Positions 25,425 to 38,594 of a DNA stretch of 64,000 nt are shown one piece after another. The notes under the pieces are model-generated. The model did no database searches. It saw only the letters and a program-made list of their open reading frames with translations, and was not told the DNA's origin. Origin of the DNA: Mobula hypostoma (taxonomy: Eukaryota); assembly GCF_963921235.1 (NCBI RefSeq), contig NC_086097.1, positions 48,672,001 to 48,736,000 on the forward strand, given 5' to 3'. The first letter of the stretch is position 1. Every line of letters starts with the position of its first letter. The position numbers were made by a program, and so were the translations under genes.

Positions 25425-28400
25425 GATCCTCAGCCAGAACCTCAGTTTTGTTCCTTGAACCATTTGCAGGATCCTCATCGTTAATGTCTCCAGAACCTAT
25501 GCAGTTAGGAAGAGCTCCTTTAACCCTCTGAGAGCATGAGATAAGTGGAGAAACAACTTGTTCACTTACTGCAGAGTCTCTAATCATCCACATGTCAAAT
25601 GCCCACTGTGTGTGGAAAAATGGCACTACCATGTAGATATGAGGAGCCTTCTATCTGGCAAGTTCCCCCGGTCTGTTGTTCTAGCACCATAGACAACTCA
25701 CTCTCTCTGTACTCCTCCACACCCTGACAGCTTTACGCACACTGGAGGCTCTGGTGGATACCTGCACAGCAGACATCTTTCTGGACCAGACCCTGTGTGT
25801 GCTGCTTGGACTTCTTACTGACCCTGTCTCTCACCCCTTCTGCATCACAGCCATTGACGGACGTCCCTTGAGATCTGGAAACGTCAAAGCATGCACATGG
25901 CCTGTGCATGTGAGAATTGCAGAGAACCATGAGTCAATCCAGTTCCTCCTTATCCACTCCCTCAACGCTCCTCTCATCTTGGGTTAGTCCTGGCTCTCCA
26001 CTCAGAACCTTCACTTCTGCTGGTCATCTGGTTCATTGCTGATTTGTAGACCCACCTGCATGTAACCTCCACTGCTTCGCCCTGTAAATCCGTGAAGACA
26101 GAGGAAACTCTTGGCCTTACTAAACTCTTGCAGGAATACCAGGACTTAGCCACTGTCATTAGTAACAGGGAAGCCAGCACTTTGCCACCTCACAGACCAC
26201 ATGGCTGTGCTCTCCCAGGTACCACCCCTTCCCCTCTTGAGACCCAGGTCATGAATGTCTACATGACCAAAGTGCTTCATTCTACCGTCCCAGACCATAT
26301 CTGGTGCAGGATTCTTCTTTGTCGAAAAGAAGCGTGGGGGTCTCCATCCCTGCAATGACCAAGGTGGACTCATCAAAATCACTATTAAGATCAGTTGCCC
26401 TCTCACCTTGATGGATAGCTTATTCGAAACATTCTGTGGGGCCCAGATCTTCATGTAACTGGACCTATGGAGTGTGTACAACCTGATCTGCATCTGCCAG
26501 GGAGATGAGTGGAAGATGGCATTCATAACACCCACTGGCCACGACAAGTACTTGGTGATGCCTTTTAGACTTTTCAGCCCTCCAGGCATTTCCAAGCCTT
26601 CGTATATGAGATCCTCTGAGATAAACTACACAGGTATGCGTTCGTCTATCTTGACCCCCAAGGGCATGTCTTTCAGTTCTTCGGTGTCTTTTTGAAAACA
26701 AACTGTACTGCAAGTTAGAAAAACGCCAGTTCCACACCTCAGTCATTTTCTTCCTGCGTTATGTCCTTTCACCCCAAGGTATAACCATCAATCCTGAGAA
26801 AGTGCACACCATCTTTGAATGGCCCCAACTGCGCTCCCTCAAACAGCTCAAATGCTTCTGAGCTTCTTCAACTTCTAATGCCTTTTCATCAGAAATTACA
26901 GCCTAATCTCTACTCCTCTCAACTCCCTCAGCAAATCACTTACCCCATGGATAACCTGCTGTCTCAGACCATGCTTTCAAGGAGCTCAAGAGACGCCTCA
27001 TTGCTGCTCCTATTCTTTGCCATCCAAACCCCTCTAGACCATTTCTGGTAGGGGTGGACACATTTAACATGGGCACTGGTGCCATCCTCTCCCAAAGAGT
27101 ACTGTACAGGAAGACACAAACTTGTGCCTTCTTCTCGTGCCAGTTGAACTCTGCACGGTGCTGCCATGGACGAGAAGACAGGGAGCTACTCGCCATTAAA
27201 TAGCTCTTAGAGACATTGCTTGATGGGAAGCACTGAGCCTTTCCTGATTTGGATTGACCACCAGAACCTCTTGTCCTTATAACAGACTCCCATACCTCAA
27301 CCCAACCTACACTAGGCTCACTGAGTCCTCATCTTCGATTAATTTACCTTCACCATCTCCTACCTATCCGGCTTCAGCAACACTAAGGTGGACGCCTTAG
27401 CATGCCTGTTTGACCCAGCTGAAACAGAGGTTGACCCTCAGCCCATCATTCCATCCTTGCAGATCCTCCCCCCAATCGTCTGAAATCCTCAGGCCATAGA
27501 GCAGGAGCCTGGACTGGCCAACACAACTGACAACCATATGTACTTGCCAGAGGCCGTGTGTCCTGAGGCATTCCAGTGGCTCCACTCCTCACGTCTCTCT
27601 GGCCATCCAGGCTCACGATAGACTCTGAATTTTCTGCAATGCTGGTACTGGTGCCCACCCCCAACCCCCGCCAGCCGACCCCCCCCACCGTGAACGCAGA
27701 TATACATCTGTTCATTTCTGCCTGCTCTCAATGTACCCAATCAAAATCCTCCAATCAGCAGCTCACTGGCCTCCTCTGGCCCCTACAAGTCACCAGACAC
27801 CCATGGTCCCACATCGCCATGGATTTCATCCTTGGGTTTGCCACTTTCCGATGGGGCCATGGTGATCATGATCATCACCATCCATGGTGGCCCACTTCAT
27901 TGTCCTCCCCAAACTTCTGTCAACCGCTGAGATGACAGACCTGGTTCTCCAACATTTAGTTTGCCTTGATGGTTTCCTACAGGACATTGTGTCAGACTGG
28001 TGTCCACAGTTCATCTCCAGCTTCTAGCAAGCCTTCTGCTCCCTCCTCTGCACCTCAGTGAGTTTGTCCTCTGGCTATCATCCTCAGACCACTGGTCAGT
28101 CAGAAAGAGCCAATCAGAAAATGGAGAGGTTTCTGCGATGCTTCGCTGCCTCTAACCCTACCACATGGAAGACATATCTGCTCGGGGCCAGACTGTCCCT
28201 CAATCTACACACTTCCTCTGCCACAGATATGTCACCCTTAGAAGTACTTTTTGGCTACCATCCTCCATTATTCACGTGCCCTGGCTCAAGCCCATGGTTC
28301 GCAGACCAGTCAAACCACCTAAGCCTACACCTCTGGAACCAAGGATGGTGGAAAGTGGCCAGTGTACACGGTTCACCGTTGATGGATTTGCATTGTCATG

Positions 28401-28545
28401 GACAGGCTCTGCAATACCTGGTTGACTGGGAAGGCACGGTCCAGAGGAAAGGTCTTGGTGCACTTCCAGTTTCATCTTGGATCCATCACTCATCAAGGAG
28501 TTCCATCAGACCAATCCTGTTCATCCTGAGCCATCAGGTCTGACG
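25425..28545 (+). mobile_element. Second decayed chromodomain-bearing Ty3/Gypsy element (gag, protease, RT, RNase H, integrase)
   Basis: ALVDTCTADIFLD (protease), [64 protein letters not shown]. Confidence 0.9.
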
Positions 28546-28556
28546 CTGCCAGTATT

Positions 28557-29682
28557 ACACAGAACATAGCACATTACAGGCCCTTTGGCCCACAATGTTG
28601 TGCCAACCATGTAACCTACTCTAGAAACTGCCTAGAATTTCCCTACCACATAGCCCTCTATTTTTCTAAGCTCCATATACCTATCTAAGAGTCTCTTAAA
28701 AGACCCTATTGTATCTGCCTCTATCACAGTCACTGGCAATGCATTCCATGCACCCACCACTCCCTGTGTGAAAAATTAACCTCTGACATCCCCCTCGTAC
28801 CTACTTCCAAGCACCTTAAAACTATGCCCCCTTGTGTTAGCCATTTCAGCTCTGGGAAAAAGCTTCTGGCTATCCACACAATCAATGACTCTCATTATCT
28901 TACACACATCTATCAGGTCACTTCTCATCCTCCATCACTCCAAGGAGAAATGGCCAAGTTCACTCAATCTATTCTCATAAGGCACTCTCTCCAATCCAGG
29001 CAATATCTTTGTAAATCTCCTCTGCACTCTTTCTATAGTATCCACATCCTTCCTGTAGTGAGGTGACCAGACTGAGCACTGTACTCTAAGTGGGGTCTAA
29101 CTAAGGTCTTATATAATGTTAACATTACCTCCCAGCTCTTGAACTCAGTCTCACAGTTGATGAAGGCCATCATACATACGCCTTCTTAACAACACTGTCA
29201 ACTTCCTCAGCAGTTTTGAGTGTCCTATGAACACGAGCTCCAAGATCTTGCTGATCCTCCACACCGCCAAGAGTGTTACCCTTAATATTATATTCTGTCT
29301 TCAAATTTGACCTACTGAAACGAACCACTTCACACTTATCAGGGTTGAATTCCATCTGCCATTTCTCAGCCCAGTTCTACATCCTATTGATGTCACACAG
29401 TAACCCTTGATGAGCCTCCAGACTATCCACAACACCCCCAACTTTTGTGTCGTGAGCAAACTTACTAACCCACACTTCTACTTCCTCATTCAGGTCATTA
29501 ATAAAAATCACAAAGAGGAGGAGACAAAGAACAGATCCCTGTGGAACACCACTGTTCACCGACTTCCATGCAGAATACACACCAGCAGTGGGCAAGCCAA
29601 TTCTGGATCCACAAAGCAAGGTCTCCTTGGATCCTGTGCCGCTTAACTTTCTGAATGAGCCTTGCATGGGGAACCTTATCAA
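28557..29682 (-). mobile_element. CR1 3' portion
   Basis: ORFs 29170-29355 (MEFNPDKCEV) and 29377-29697 (GVPQGSVL, SKFAHDTK); tail at 28557-28602. Confidence 0.92.
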
Positions 29683-31177
29683 CTTAGTATTTCTCAACTC
29701 TCTATATTACTGACATCTAAATTTATATTATAAATGACACCTAGAGGATAATACGTTTATGGATGTGTCATTCACAGGTAGCATTACAAATGGGCAAACC
29801 ATTTCCTTAAAGAAAACACCTATTGAAGGAATATTTCTGTTGTAATGTCAGTTTGCAGGGCTTTGCAGTTTTTCAAATTACTTCCTAACTTGAACTGAGT
29901 GGAATGATTTTGGCCTGGATGCTGTATCGCTCCATCAACTTGTATTGATCTGGTGATGTACAGCCCGAGTAAACGGATATACTCTCCTTAAATTTAATGG
30001 CACAAAGTAAGCGGAAACTATCTGTCAAAGACAGGTTAGTGGTTAGCCTGAAGTCACTTGAGGGTAAATTTAAAGTACAGAAGCTTGTTAGAAGACAAAA
30101 ACAAATAAGTATAATGCTAGTTGACAATTTTGACTGCTAAATAATGCTAAATGATAACCAACATTAACCTCTAAACACCCCATTCTTCGGAAACTCGGTG
30201 AACAGTAGGAGAGGCAACAAGCCAGTTCACTGAATACCCAGGCCATTTAACGACAGGATTGAAGTTCAAGGGCACCTCCTCCCAGCAGCTTTTTAAAAGG
30301 TTTTATAAATTAGCAAAAGGCCTGAAAAATGACTGACACTGCCAACAAGAAATTCAATAGCAAGCACTTCAGAGTGATGAATGAGCATATGACACAGTGT
30401 GTAGAGTGACAAGTCAGCCTTCCCCACAACAATATCCTTCTGCTTTCGTGACTGGAGATTTATATGGCAACATTGGTAATTAATGGAGCTCTTGTGGCCT
30501 TTATTAACACAAACAAGAAGCATAAGGCAGAAGGGAGCCAGCAAAGGGGAAGTCCTTTTCAAAGGAATATCAGGTGGGAACGATATTCCCAGGCAGTTGA
30601 AGCCATAATGTTGGTTTGATGAATATAGCTTTATCTGGGGAGATTGAGTGTCCTTCAAAAAGGGAAAAGAAATGGCTCTGGGGCCTAGCTTGAAGTAGTC
30701 TGGGGCAGAATTAAGATTAATGAAAAGTCCCTGGGAGCAGAGCTAGCGGTGTGATACAAATGGAGTGATGAAAGCAGTGCAGCAACTGAATGCGAATTAC
30801 TTGCTTTACCCACAGTCCCTTGTGAGCAACCCTAAGCTCTTGTTTTAGAAGCTAGCCATTTCACATTAGGCATTCACATAAACCCTGGAGATCCTTAGTC
30901 AGGGAGAGAAAGTGAGTAATTGCAAATTGCCTGTTGGCCAAACACAATTTGTAATCAAACAAATATAATCAGAATTCTGTCAGAAATGCTGCTTGCTATG
31001 AAGTTACTGGATGATGACTACTTTGGAGCATGGAATAAATCTGCTTTAAGAAATAAACCCTCACTGTTTAGCTATGTAACTGAGCAAGTGGAACAGCAAA
31101 AGATTGTGTACATTTAAAATACTTCTGAGCTTTGTATAAAAAGTACACAAAAGTGTCAGTGGAGAATGGATTTCTTT

Positions 31178-31232
31178 ATAATTAGAACAATACGGCACAG
31201 TACAGGCCATTCGGCCCACAATTGTGTGCTGA
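31178..31232 (-). mobile_element. CR1 3'-tail fragment
   Basis: GCACAGTACAGGCCATTCGGCCCACAAT matches the tails at 28570 and 48485. Confidence 0.7.
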
Positions 31233-32569
31233 TGACAGCTAAAAAGCAAATCAAAATCAAAATTAGCTCGGATATGAACTCAAGAATACATGTACTTTAT
31301 TTTAGATATTATAACCTGATCCTGGTAATTGTCAGTAAATGGGTTGGAGTTCTTATCCCTCTTTAGTAGGTGACAGGGAATTTCCACATCTTCCCCCTGT
31401 GGTCTTAACTACATGAGCAGCCCACTTTTGGTGCACAGCTGACAGAACACTGGTAAGAAGTTGACTGAAACTTTTAGACTATGTTTGTACACACAAGCAC
31501 AGAAATTCCTAAGCGGTTACAGTGGAAAATGCTGGTATTTCTCCCTCAAAGTCTTGGCCAACAAGCCTGAGACATCCTTTACTACAACAACTCTTACAAC
31601 TTTCAGGATCTTGGTCTCTGTTCCTCCATTTGTATCCAGTTCTTTATTTTACTCTTCACTGCATCGAGCACTCTAAAGTTCTGAAAAGTGATATTAGGCT
31701 ACAATTCATCTCTATCCTGCATGTTTCTTTGTTTATCTGTATTTACTGACTCACACCAATTCCAATGACCTCCTGCTAAACAAAAGACAAATCCTAAACA
31801 AGACCACAGCCTGTGAGTGTAATATGAGTAACTTAAAGACAGACTGATGGAGAGTCGGCTTCTCGGCTTCCTAATTAGCAGCTGGGTTAAGTTCCCAAAT
31901 GAATCCTGCACCATTAACAATTAACATTTGATGAGGTGGTGAAGGGCAAAGGGCAATCATAAGGTGCCTTGTAATGATTTTATGTTACATTTTTAAAATT
32001 TTACTTATTATTATATAATTGTATCAGCAGCCTTTTGAAACTGTCAAAGCTCAATATCATGTCCTATGAATATAACACAAGACAACTGAGGGCCTACCTG
32101 AAAAGGTCTTGGTTAAATATGCTGGAATACAGCATGAAGGGCAACCGAGGTTTGAATGCTTGAAACACCAGCTAGTCATGGGAGCTCTCAGGCTGTGGTT
32201 CTCCTGATTATCAACTTTAACTGCTGGTGACCTGCTCCAGATGAGCTACTTTTGCACCATGTGGAAAGAAACCTTTACCCTGCATGGATCTGTAATGATG
32301 CTGAACTTCCAGACATAGTTTCTTAATTCATCCGTGGTGGCTATTTTGGTAGCCCTTTTGTATTGAAAACCCTCTTCAGGAAATAGTTCTGTGATACAGC
32401 CCTCAGTATTATCGAAAGTATCCTGCTCATATTACATAGGCTTCCTGTTGAAATAATTCCATGTACGTGAACATATGCATGTGCTGTTATTTTTGAAGTT
32501 GTAGTGATCATTCTCCAGGGACTGCCATCTTGACTCCATGATACAATTTGTGAGAGTGTTAGAATGGTG

Positions 32570-34590
32570 CATGGGAGACATTTTGGGTCAAGTGTCAAGC
32601 ATTCTTAAGTGGGAGGATGAACAGCCAGTGGACATGGTCCACATTGGTACCAATGACATGGGTAGGAAGGGTGATGAGGTCCTGCAAAGTGTGTTCAGGG
32701 AGTTAGGTGCTAAGTTAAAGGATAGGACCCTGAGTTTTTATCTCAGGATTGCTACCTGTGCCACGTGCTGATGAGGCCAGGAAGATCTTACAGTTGAACA
32801 CATGGCTAAGGAGAAGGTTGCAGGAGAGGTGACTTCAGATTGTTGGATCATTGGGCTCTCATCCAGGGAAGGTGGAACCTATACAAGACGGATGGTATGC
32901 ACCTCAACTGGAGGGGGACTAATATCCTAGTGGGAATGTTTGCTAGTACTGCACAGGGGAGGGGGTTAAAACTAGAGTTGCAGGGAGATGGGAACCTGAG
33001 CAGATAGTGGAGTGGTTGGGAGGAAAGATGTTATTAAGCCGACATACAAAACCAGCAATTGAAAGATTGAGCACAGTGAGACTAATGTTCAGAGTTGTGT
33101 ATTTTTCAATGCAAGGAATATTGTAGGAAAGGCAAATGAGGACTGGCAGCTCAATGTTCCAGGGTTTCGTTGTTTTAGATGTGACAAAGCAGAAGGGATT
33201 AAAGGGGGAGGGATGGCATTACTAGTCAGGGAAATTGTCATGGCAGTGTTTAGTCAGAACAGAATGGAGAGCTCGTCTACTGAGGCTATATGGGTGGAAC
33301 TGAGGAATTAGAAGGGCATACCCACATTGATGGAATTATATAATAGACCACCCAACAGTCCATGGGATTTAGAGGAGCACATTTGTAGAGAGATTGCAGA
33401 CCTGTTGCAAGAAACCTGAGGTTGTGATAATAGGTGATTTTAACTTTCCCAATATTGATGGGAATTCCCACACGGTAAAAGGGATAATTCTTGTCAAATG
33501 CATTCAGGAAAGTTTCCTTAATCAGTACATTGAGGTTCTAACTACAGAGTGTAATATTAAATCTCCTAAAAGGGGATGAGAGAGGACAGGTAACAAAAGT
33601 TTGTGTAGGAGAATACTTTGCATCTAATGATCATGTGGTAAACTGGTTCACCAAATTTACGGATGACAGCAAGATTTGGGGTGCAGTGGACAAGCGAGGA
33701 AGACTACCAAAGCTTGCAATGGGATCTGCACCAGCTGGAAAAATGGGGTGAAAATGGCTGATGGAATTTAATGCAGACAAGTGTGAGGTGTTGCACTTTG
33801 GGATGACATATCAGGGTAGGATTTGCACAGTGAGTAGCAGGGCACAGAGAGGTGTGGTAGAACAAAGGGATCTGGGAATACAGATCCATAATTCCATGAA
33901 AGTGGGTGTCACAGATACAGTGTTTAGTTATTTATGAGATACAGTGCGGAATAGGTCTTTCCAGCTCTTCAAGCCCAACCGCCCAATCCCTGATTTAATC
34001 CTAGCCTAATCACGGGACAATTTACAATGACCAGTTAACCTACCAACCGATATGCCTTTGGACTATGGGAGGAACCTGGACCATCTGGAAGAAACGCACA
34101 CGGTCAAGTGGATAACGTACAAACTCCTTACAGGCAGTGGTGGGAATCGAACCTAGGTTGTCTGTACTGTAAAGCATTGTGCTAACCACTACACTATCGT
34201 ACCAACCATGGAGCCTAGAAGAACGAGGGGAGATTTGGTAGAGGTAAACAAAATTATGGGGTGTATAAATATAAGCAGACTTTTTCCACTGTGGTTGGGT
34301 TAGACTAGAACTAGAAACCATCAGTTAAAGGAGAAAGGTGAAATGTTTAAGAGGAACATAGGGGTAACTTCATCACTCTGAAGTTGGTGAGCGTATAGAA
34401 TGAACTGTCAGTGGAAGTGGCGAATGCGGGTTTGACTTTAATACTTGAGAGAAATTTAGAGAGGTACATGGATAGGAGGAGTATGGAGGGTTGTACTGGG
34501 AGTGAGGGTTAATGGGACTGGGGGGATTAATATTTTGACTGACTAGATGGGCCAAAGAGCCTGTTTCTCTGCTACGGTGTTCTATGACTA
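32570..34590 (+). mobile_element. Fragmented CR1 (ORF1 esterase, endonuclease, RT pieces, 3' end), interrupted by a SINE
   Basis: MVHIGTNDMGR, VVIIGDFNFPNID, MEFNADKCEVLHFG; tail GGTGTTCTATGACTATG. Confidence 0.85.
33923..34207 (-). mobile_element. V-SINE
   Basis: Reverse complement of the 18098 family (GGTTCGATTCC B box, GGAGTTTGTACGTT). Confidence 0.85.
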
Positions 34591-34672
34591 TGAATTTGTG
34601 AGGGATGTGTTTTCATCTGCACAGAAGCTTGTCAAGGTACACAGTCTTAAGTGCTCATGTGGCACTTGCTTC

Positions 34673-35600
34673 AGAATCAGAATCAGAATCAGGTTTATTA
34701 TCACCGGCATGTGTCGTAAAATCTGTTAACTGAGCAGCAGCAGTTCAATCTGTGGAATGCTCTGCCTCAGAGGGCAGTGGAGGCCAATTCTCTGGATGCT
34801 TTCAAGAAAGCGTTAGATAGAGCTCTTAAAGATAGCGGAGTGAAGGGATATGGGGAGAAGGCAGGAACAGGGTACTGATTGTGGATGATCAGCCCGAAGG
34901 GCCGAACGGCCTACTCCTGCACATATTGTCTATTGTCTATTATGCAATACATAATATAGAAGAAAAAAATAACAATAAATAAATCAATCAATGATAGAAT
35001 ATGTATATTGAATAGATTAAAAATCGTGCAAAAACAGAAATATACATTAAAAAGGTGAGGTAGTGTCCAAGGGTTCGATGTTCACTCAGGAATCAGATGG
35101 CAGAGAGGAAGAAGCTTTTTTCTGAATCACTGAGTGTGAGCCTTCAGGTTTCTATACCTCCTACCTGATGGTAACAGTGAGAAAAGGGCATGCCCTGGGT
35201 GCTGGGGGTCCTTAATAATAGACGCTGCCTTTCTGAGACACCGCTCCTTGAAGATGTCCTGGGTACTTTGTAGGCTAGTACCCAAAATGGAACCGACTAA
35301 ATTTACAACCCACTGCAGCTTCTTTCGGTCCTGTGCAAATAGCCCCACCACCACACCCCCGCCCATACCAGACAGTGATGCAGCCTGTCAGAATGCTCTC
35401 CACGGTACAACTATAGAAGTTTTTGAGTGTTTCTGTTGACATACCAAATCTCTTCAAACTCCTAATGAAATATAGTCACTGTCTTGCCTTCTCTATAACT
35501 GCATCGATATGTTGGGACCCGGTTAGTTCCTCAATGATTTTGACACTCGGGAACTTGAAACTGCTCACTCTCTCCACTTCTGATCCCTCCATGAGGATTG
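34673..35600 (-). mobile_element. Rex1/Babar LINE 3' end with (ATTCTG)n tail
   Basis: FYSCTVESILTGCITVWYG and IIKDPQHPGHALFSLLPSGRRYR; (CAGAAT)3 tail; CR1 piece nested at 34747-34941. Confidence 0.9.
34747..34941 (+). mobile_element. CR1 3' end nested in Rex/Babar
   Basis: AATCTGTGGAATGCTCTGCC...GGCCTACTCCTGCAC(ATTGTCT)n. Confidence 0.85.
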
Positions 35601-36714
35601 TGGATGCTTGTGGAAGCATCAACCGGAAGCCCTCCGTTGACAGATGCAGTCCTCCTGCAGCAGCACCACAGCTGCCCCTTCCCTGGTACGGTGGCATTGC
35701 CAGCTCTGGGACCGCTCATAGTAAACGGGCTTTCAGACTCTCACTTGTGTTTTCTGGTGGATTGGGCTGATATTGCTGATGAAGCACACTAGTGCCTGTC
35801 ACTCCTTCATTCTTTTCAATAGCAAGAATACAGCCTCGCTACAGAATCCATTTGGCTTGTTTTACTTTCATTGTCATGGTGGTATCAGGTGTACTTATCA
35901 GAACTTGATTGCGGTGGATTGAGGGGCCTGACTCTATACCATACAGCTCTCTGGCTCTTTGTGTGAATAAATCAAAACCTTAAAAACAAACACTGTCTTA
36001 AAACACAACTGCACTGAGTCCTCAGTAAGATTAGATATACAGTTTACTTTGAGAAACAGCATTAGACGCCTGATGATCCTAAGTCATTTAAACTGTCTAA
36101 ATATCAGCAGCAGGACGATGGCTTATTGAAATTGATCACCCAGCACTGACAGGTAGCTAGAGTGGAGATATTTTCAAACAGTGGCGGACACCATTCCTCA
36201 AGTACAGGAAAATGGGACACTAAATATACGTAAATTTCATTCATTTGAATAAAGGACTCAATAGCCAACAGATTATCAGCAACTCTGTATCAAAATAGCT
36301 GAAGACTGACTGTATCAATAGATTGGAAGGCTTAAACATTTAGCAAGCTTGTTACTTGTCCTGTCACTACTTTGGAATAGTCTATATTTCGCTCTCTATT
36401 ATCACCAGGCCATTTCATATATACATAAGATCTTTATATGATCAGCTTCATCACCTTTCCCCTCTAACTTAAATTTGACTTCCTTTTTTCTAGAGCCTCA
36501 CCTTGCTCCTGTTCTCACAACCTCGTGCAATATTGCTCCACTGTTCTTTAATCTATTTCAATCAGCAGACCTAAAAGTTCCTTCATCCCTTATGGCTGGT
36601 GTGCAGAGTGCTCCATCTACTGTGAGTCATTTCAATGTAGGGACATTTCTTTTTTCTCTCTCTGTTTCTGTAAACAATGCTACATTTTCAAAAGCAGGAA
36701 CTTCTGTAAAAATG

Positions 36715-37118
36715 CGGTACATTGCAGAGACACCCGATAATTGCCCTCCCCTTCACCATTCCCATTCCGATTCCCTCCCAACTCATCTCCTTACCTGTCT
36801 ATTGCCTCCCTCTCGTGCTCCTCCCCCTTCCCTTTCTTCCATGGTCTCTACTCTCTACTCTCAGATTCCCCCTTCTACAGCCCTGTATCTCTTTCACCTA
36901 TCAGCTTCCCAGCCCTTTACTTCACCCCTTCCCTCTCCTGGTTTCACCTATGACCTACCACCTTGCACTTCCTCCTGCCCTCCTCCACCTTCTTGATCTA
37001 ACTTCTCATCTTTTTTTCCAGGCCTGATGAAGGGTCTCAGCTTGAAACATAGACTGTTTACTCTTTTCCATTGATACTCCCTGTCCTGCTGAGTTCCTCC
37101 AGCATTTTGTGTATGTTA
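36715..37118 (+). mobile_element. Penelope-like 3' end with pyrimidine-rich terminal repeat
   Basis: YIAET remnant at 36718, C/T-rich tract, hammerhead-like motif, then CCTGCTGAGTTCCTCCAGCATTTTGTGT. Confidence 0.8.
37019..37056 (+). ncRNA. Minimal type I hammerhead ribozyme motif (decayed)
   Basis: CAGGC-CTGATGA-A-GGG TCTCAG CTT-GAAAC-ATA-GACTG. Both core boxes intact; stems carry mismatches. Confidence 0.65.
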
Positions 37119-38400
37119 CACCCAAATATAATATGCAAGTGATGTAAGGGTAGAATACAATGTGATTCATATCTTCAGATCAAAGTGTTGAGATTCAAGG
37201 AATGGTACCAGTGCGAGGTGCAGAGAGGCAAGATGTGGCAGCAGCTGTAGAGTGGTGATGGAATGTAAGTGATGGGAGCCTCTGTTTGTTCCCAGTGGAT
37301 TGGAGTGGTCAGGAATAAGTGCTTCTCTATTATGTACAAGTGAAGCAGCACTTCCCTGGCTCAAAAGGCCATGTGTGGAGGATCTGAGCCAGTTTAGTGA
37401 GCGGCTGTCTGGCAGTGGATTCTATTTCATGTGGGGCCCAAGGAATCACATATGGTAACAAAAATAAACACACAAAATAACTTTCCTCTTCTGACTCCAG
37501 TGGAACAGAAGTATCCGGCAGGCTGAGCAGCACAGGCAGGATGGGGTTTTAGAGAGGACTAGAGCTGGGAACTATACTAACCTCTTTCCCAAGTCAGCTT
37601 AGGTCCCAAGATGGGAACATTGTGTCTGGGCACCATTAAGCAAGAGGCTGGTATAGTTGGGGCATTAATGGAAGAGGCTTTGAGGGATCAGCTAGTATCA
37701 GTGATACTGCAAGCTGTGGTATCAAAAGAAGGGATGAGGCTAGAATGAAATTGCAGTCAGATGATTGGAGTGCTCATGGATCAGATACAGTGTAGTGAAG
37801 GCTCATTTTGATTTGGGTGTTGAGGAGGTTCAACAGGCAGTCACCACACAGTCAATCCAGGAACCAGATGGGGTGAAGTGGGCTCAGCAGTGGAATTCTT
37901 TAATGGTTGTCTCTAAAGGTAGTGTGTGAAACAAGATCTGGGAAATACCTCATGAATGGTCAGACACTAAGAAACATAGAGAAACTGAAATATCTTGGTT
38001 TGATGTTTGATATCCTGTGTGGTATCTGCTTGCTACAATTGCTGTTTGCACAATTGGTTCTTTTGTCGTGCATTGGATGTTTGATGTTTTTCTTAAGTGG
38101 GCTCCATGGTGTCCTGCGGCTGCCTGTGGGAGGAGGAGTTATATTCTGTATACGTGCTTTGATAATAAAGGACCTTTGAATCTTTAATAGAAGCAAGAGG
38201 GCAGGTTAACAAGGTTGTGAAGAAAGAATTAAGACAGTGCCCCTATGGGCCAAGCAAATGAATAAAAGAGCAAAGTAATTAGGCCACAATGTGTAACAAA
38301 TTTAGTCACCACACTAACTGGAAGTTGTGATGGCACCTTAGAGGGCGAGGAGGAGATTTTTACAAGGATATTGTCAGGACTGAAGATGAGGCCAAACAAT

Positions 38401-38594
38401 AAACACAAGACAGTCTGCAGATGCTGTAAATCCAGAGCAACACACACAAAATGCTGCAGGAACTCAGCAGGTCAAGTGGCATCTATGGAGAGGAAGAAAC
38501 GGTTGGCATTTCAGGCCGTGACTGCATCACCTGTTTATTCCTCTCCATAGATGCTGCCTGACCTACTGAGTTCCTCCAGCAATTTGAGTGTGTG
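38401..38594. mobile_element. Inverted pair of Penelope-type terminal repeats inside an old CR1
   Basis: Arms 38441-38502 and about 38530-38594 are reverse complements (CACACACAAAATGCTG...CAGCAATTTGAGTGTGTG). Confidence 0.75.

Noticed and set aside
34673..34693. (CAGAAT)n and similar short arrays as telomere-like or CRISPR-like repeats
   Set aside because: They are LINE 3' microsatellite tails; there is no repeat-spacer array or cas gene in this eukaryotic DNA.
36475..37027. 173-aa Pro/Ser-rich ORF
   Set aside because: Mostly translation of the pyrimidine-rich Penelope repeat.
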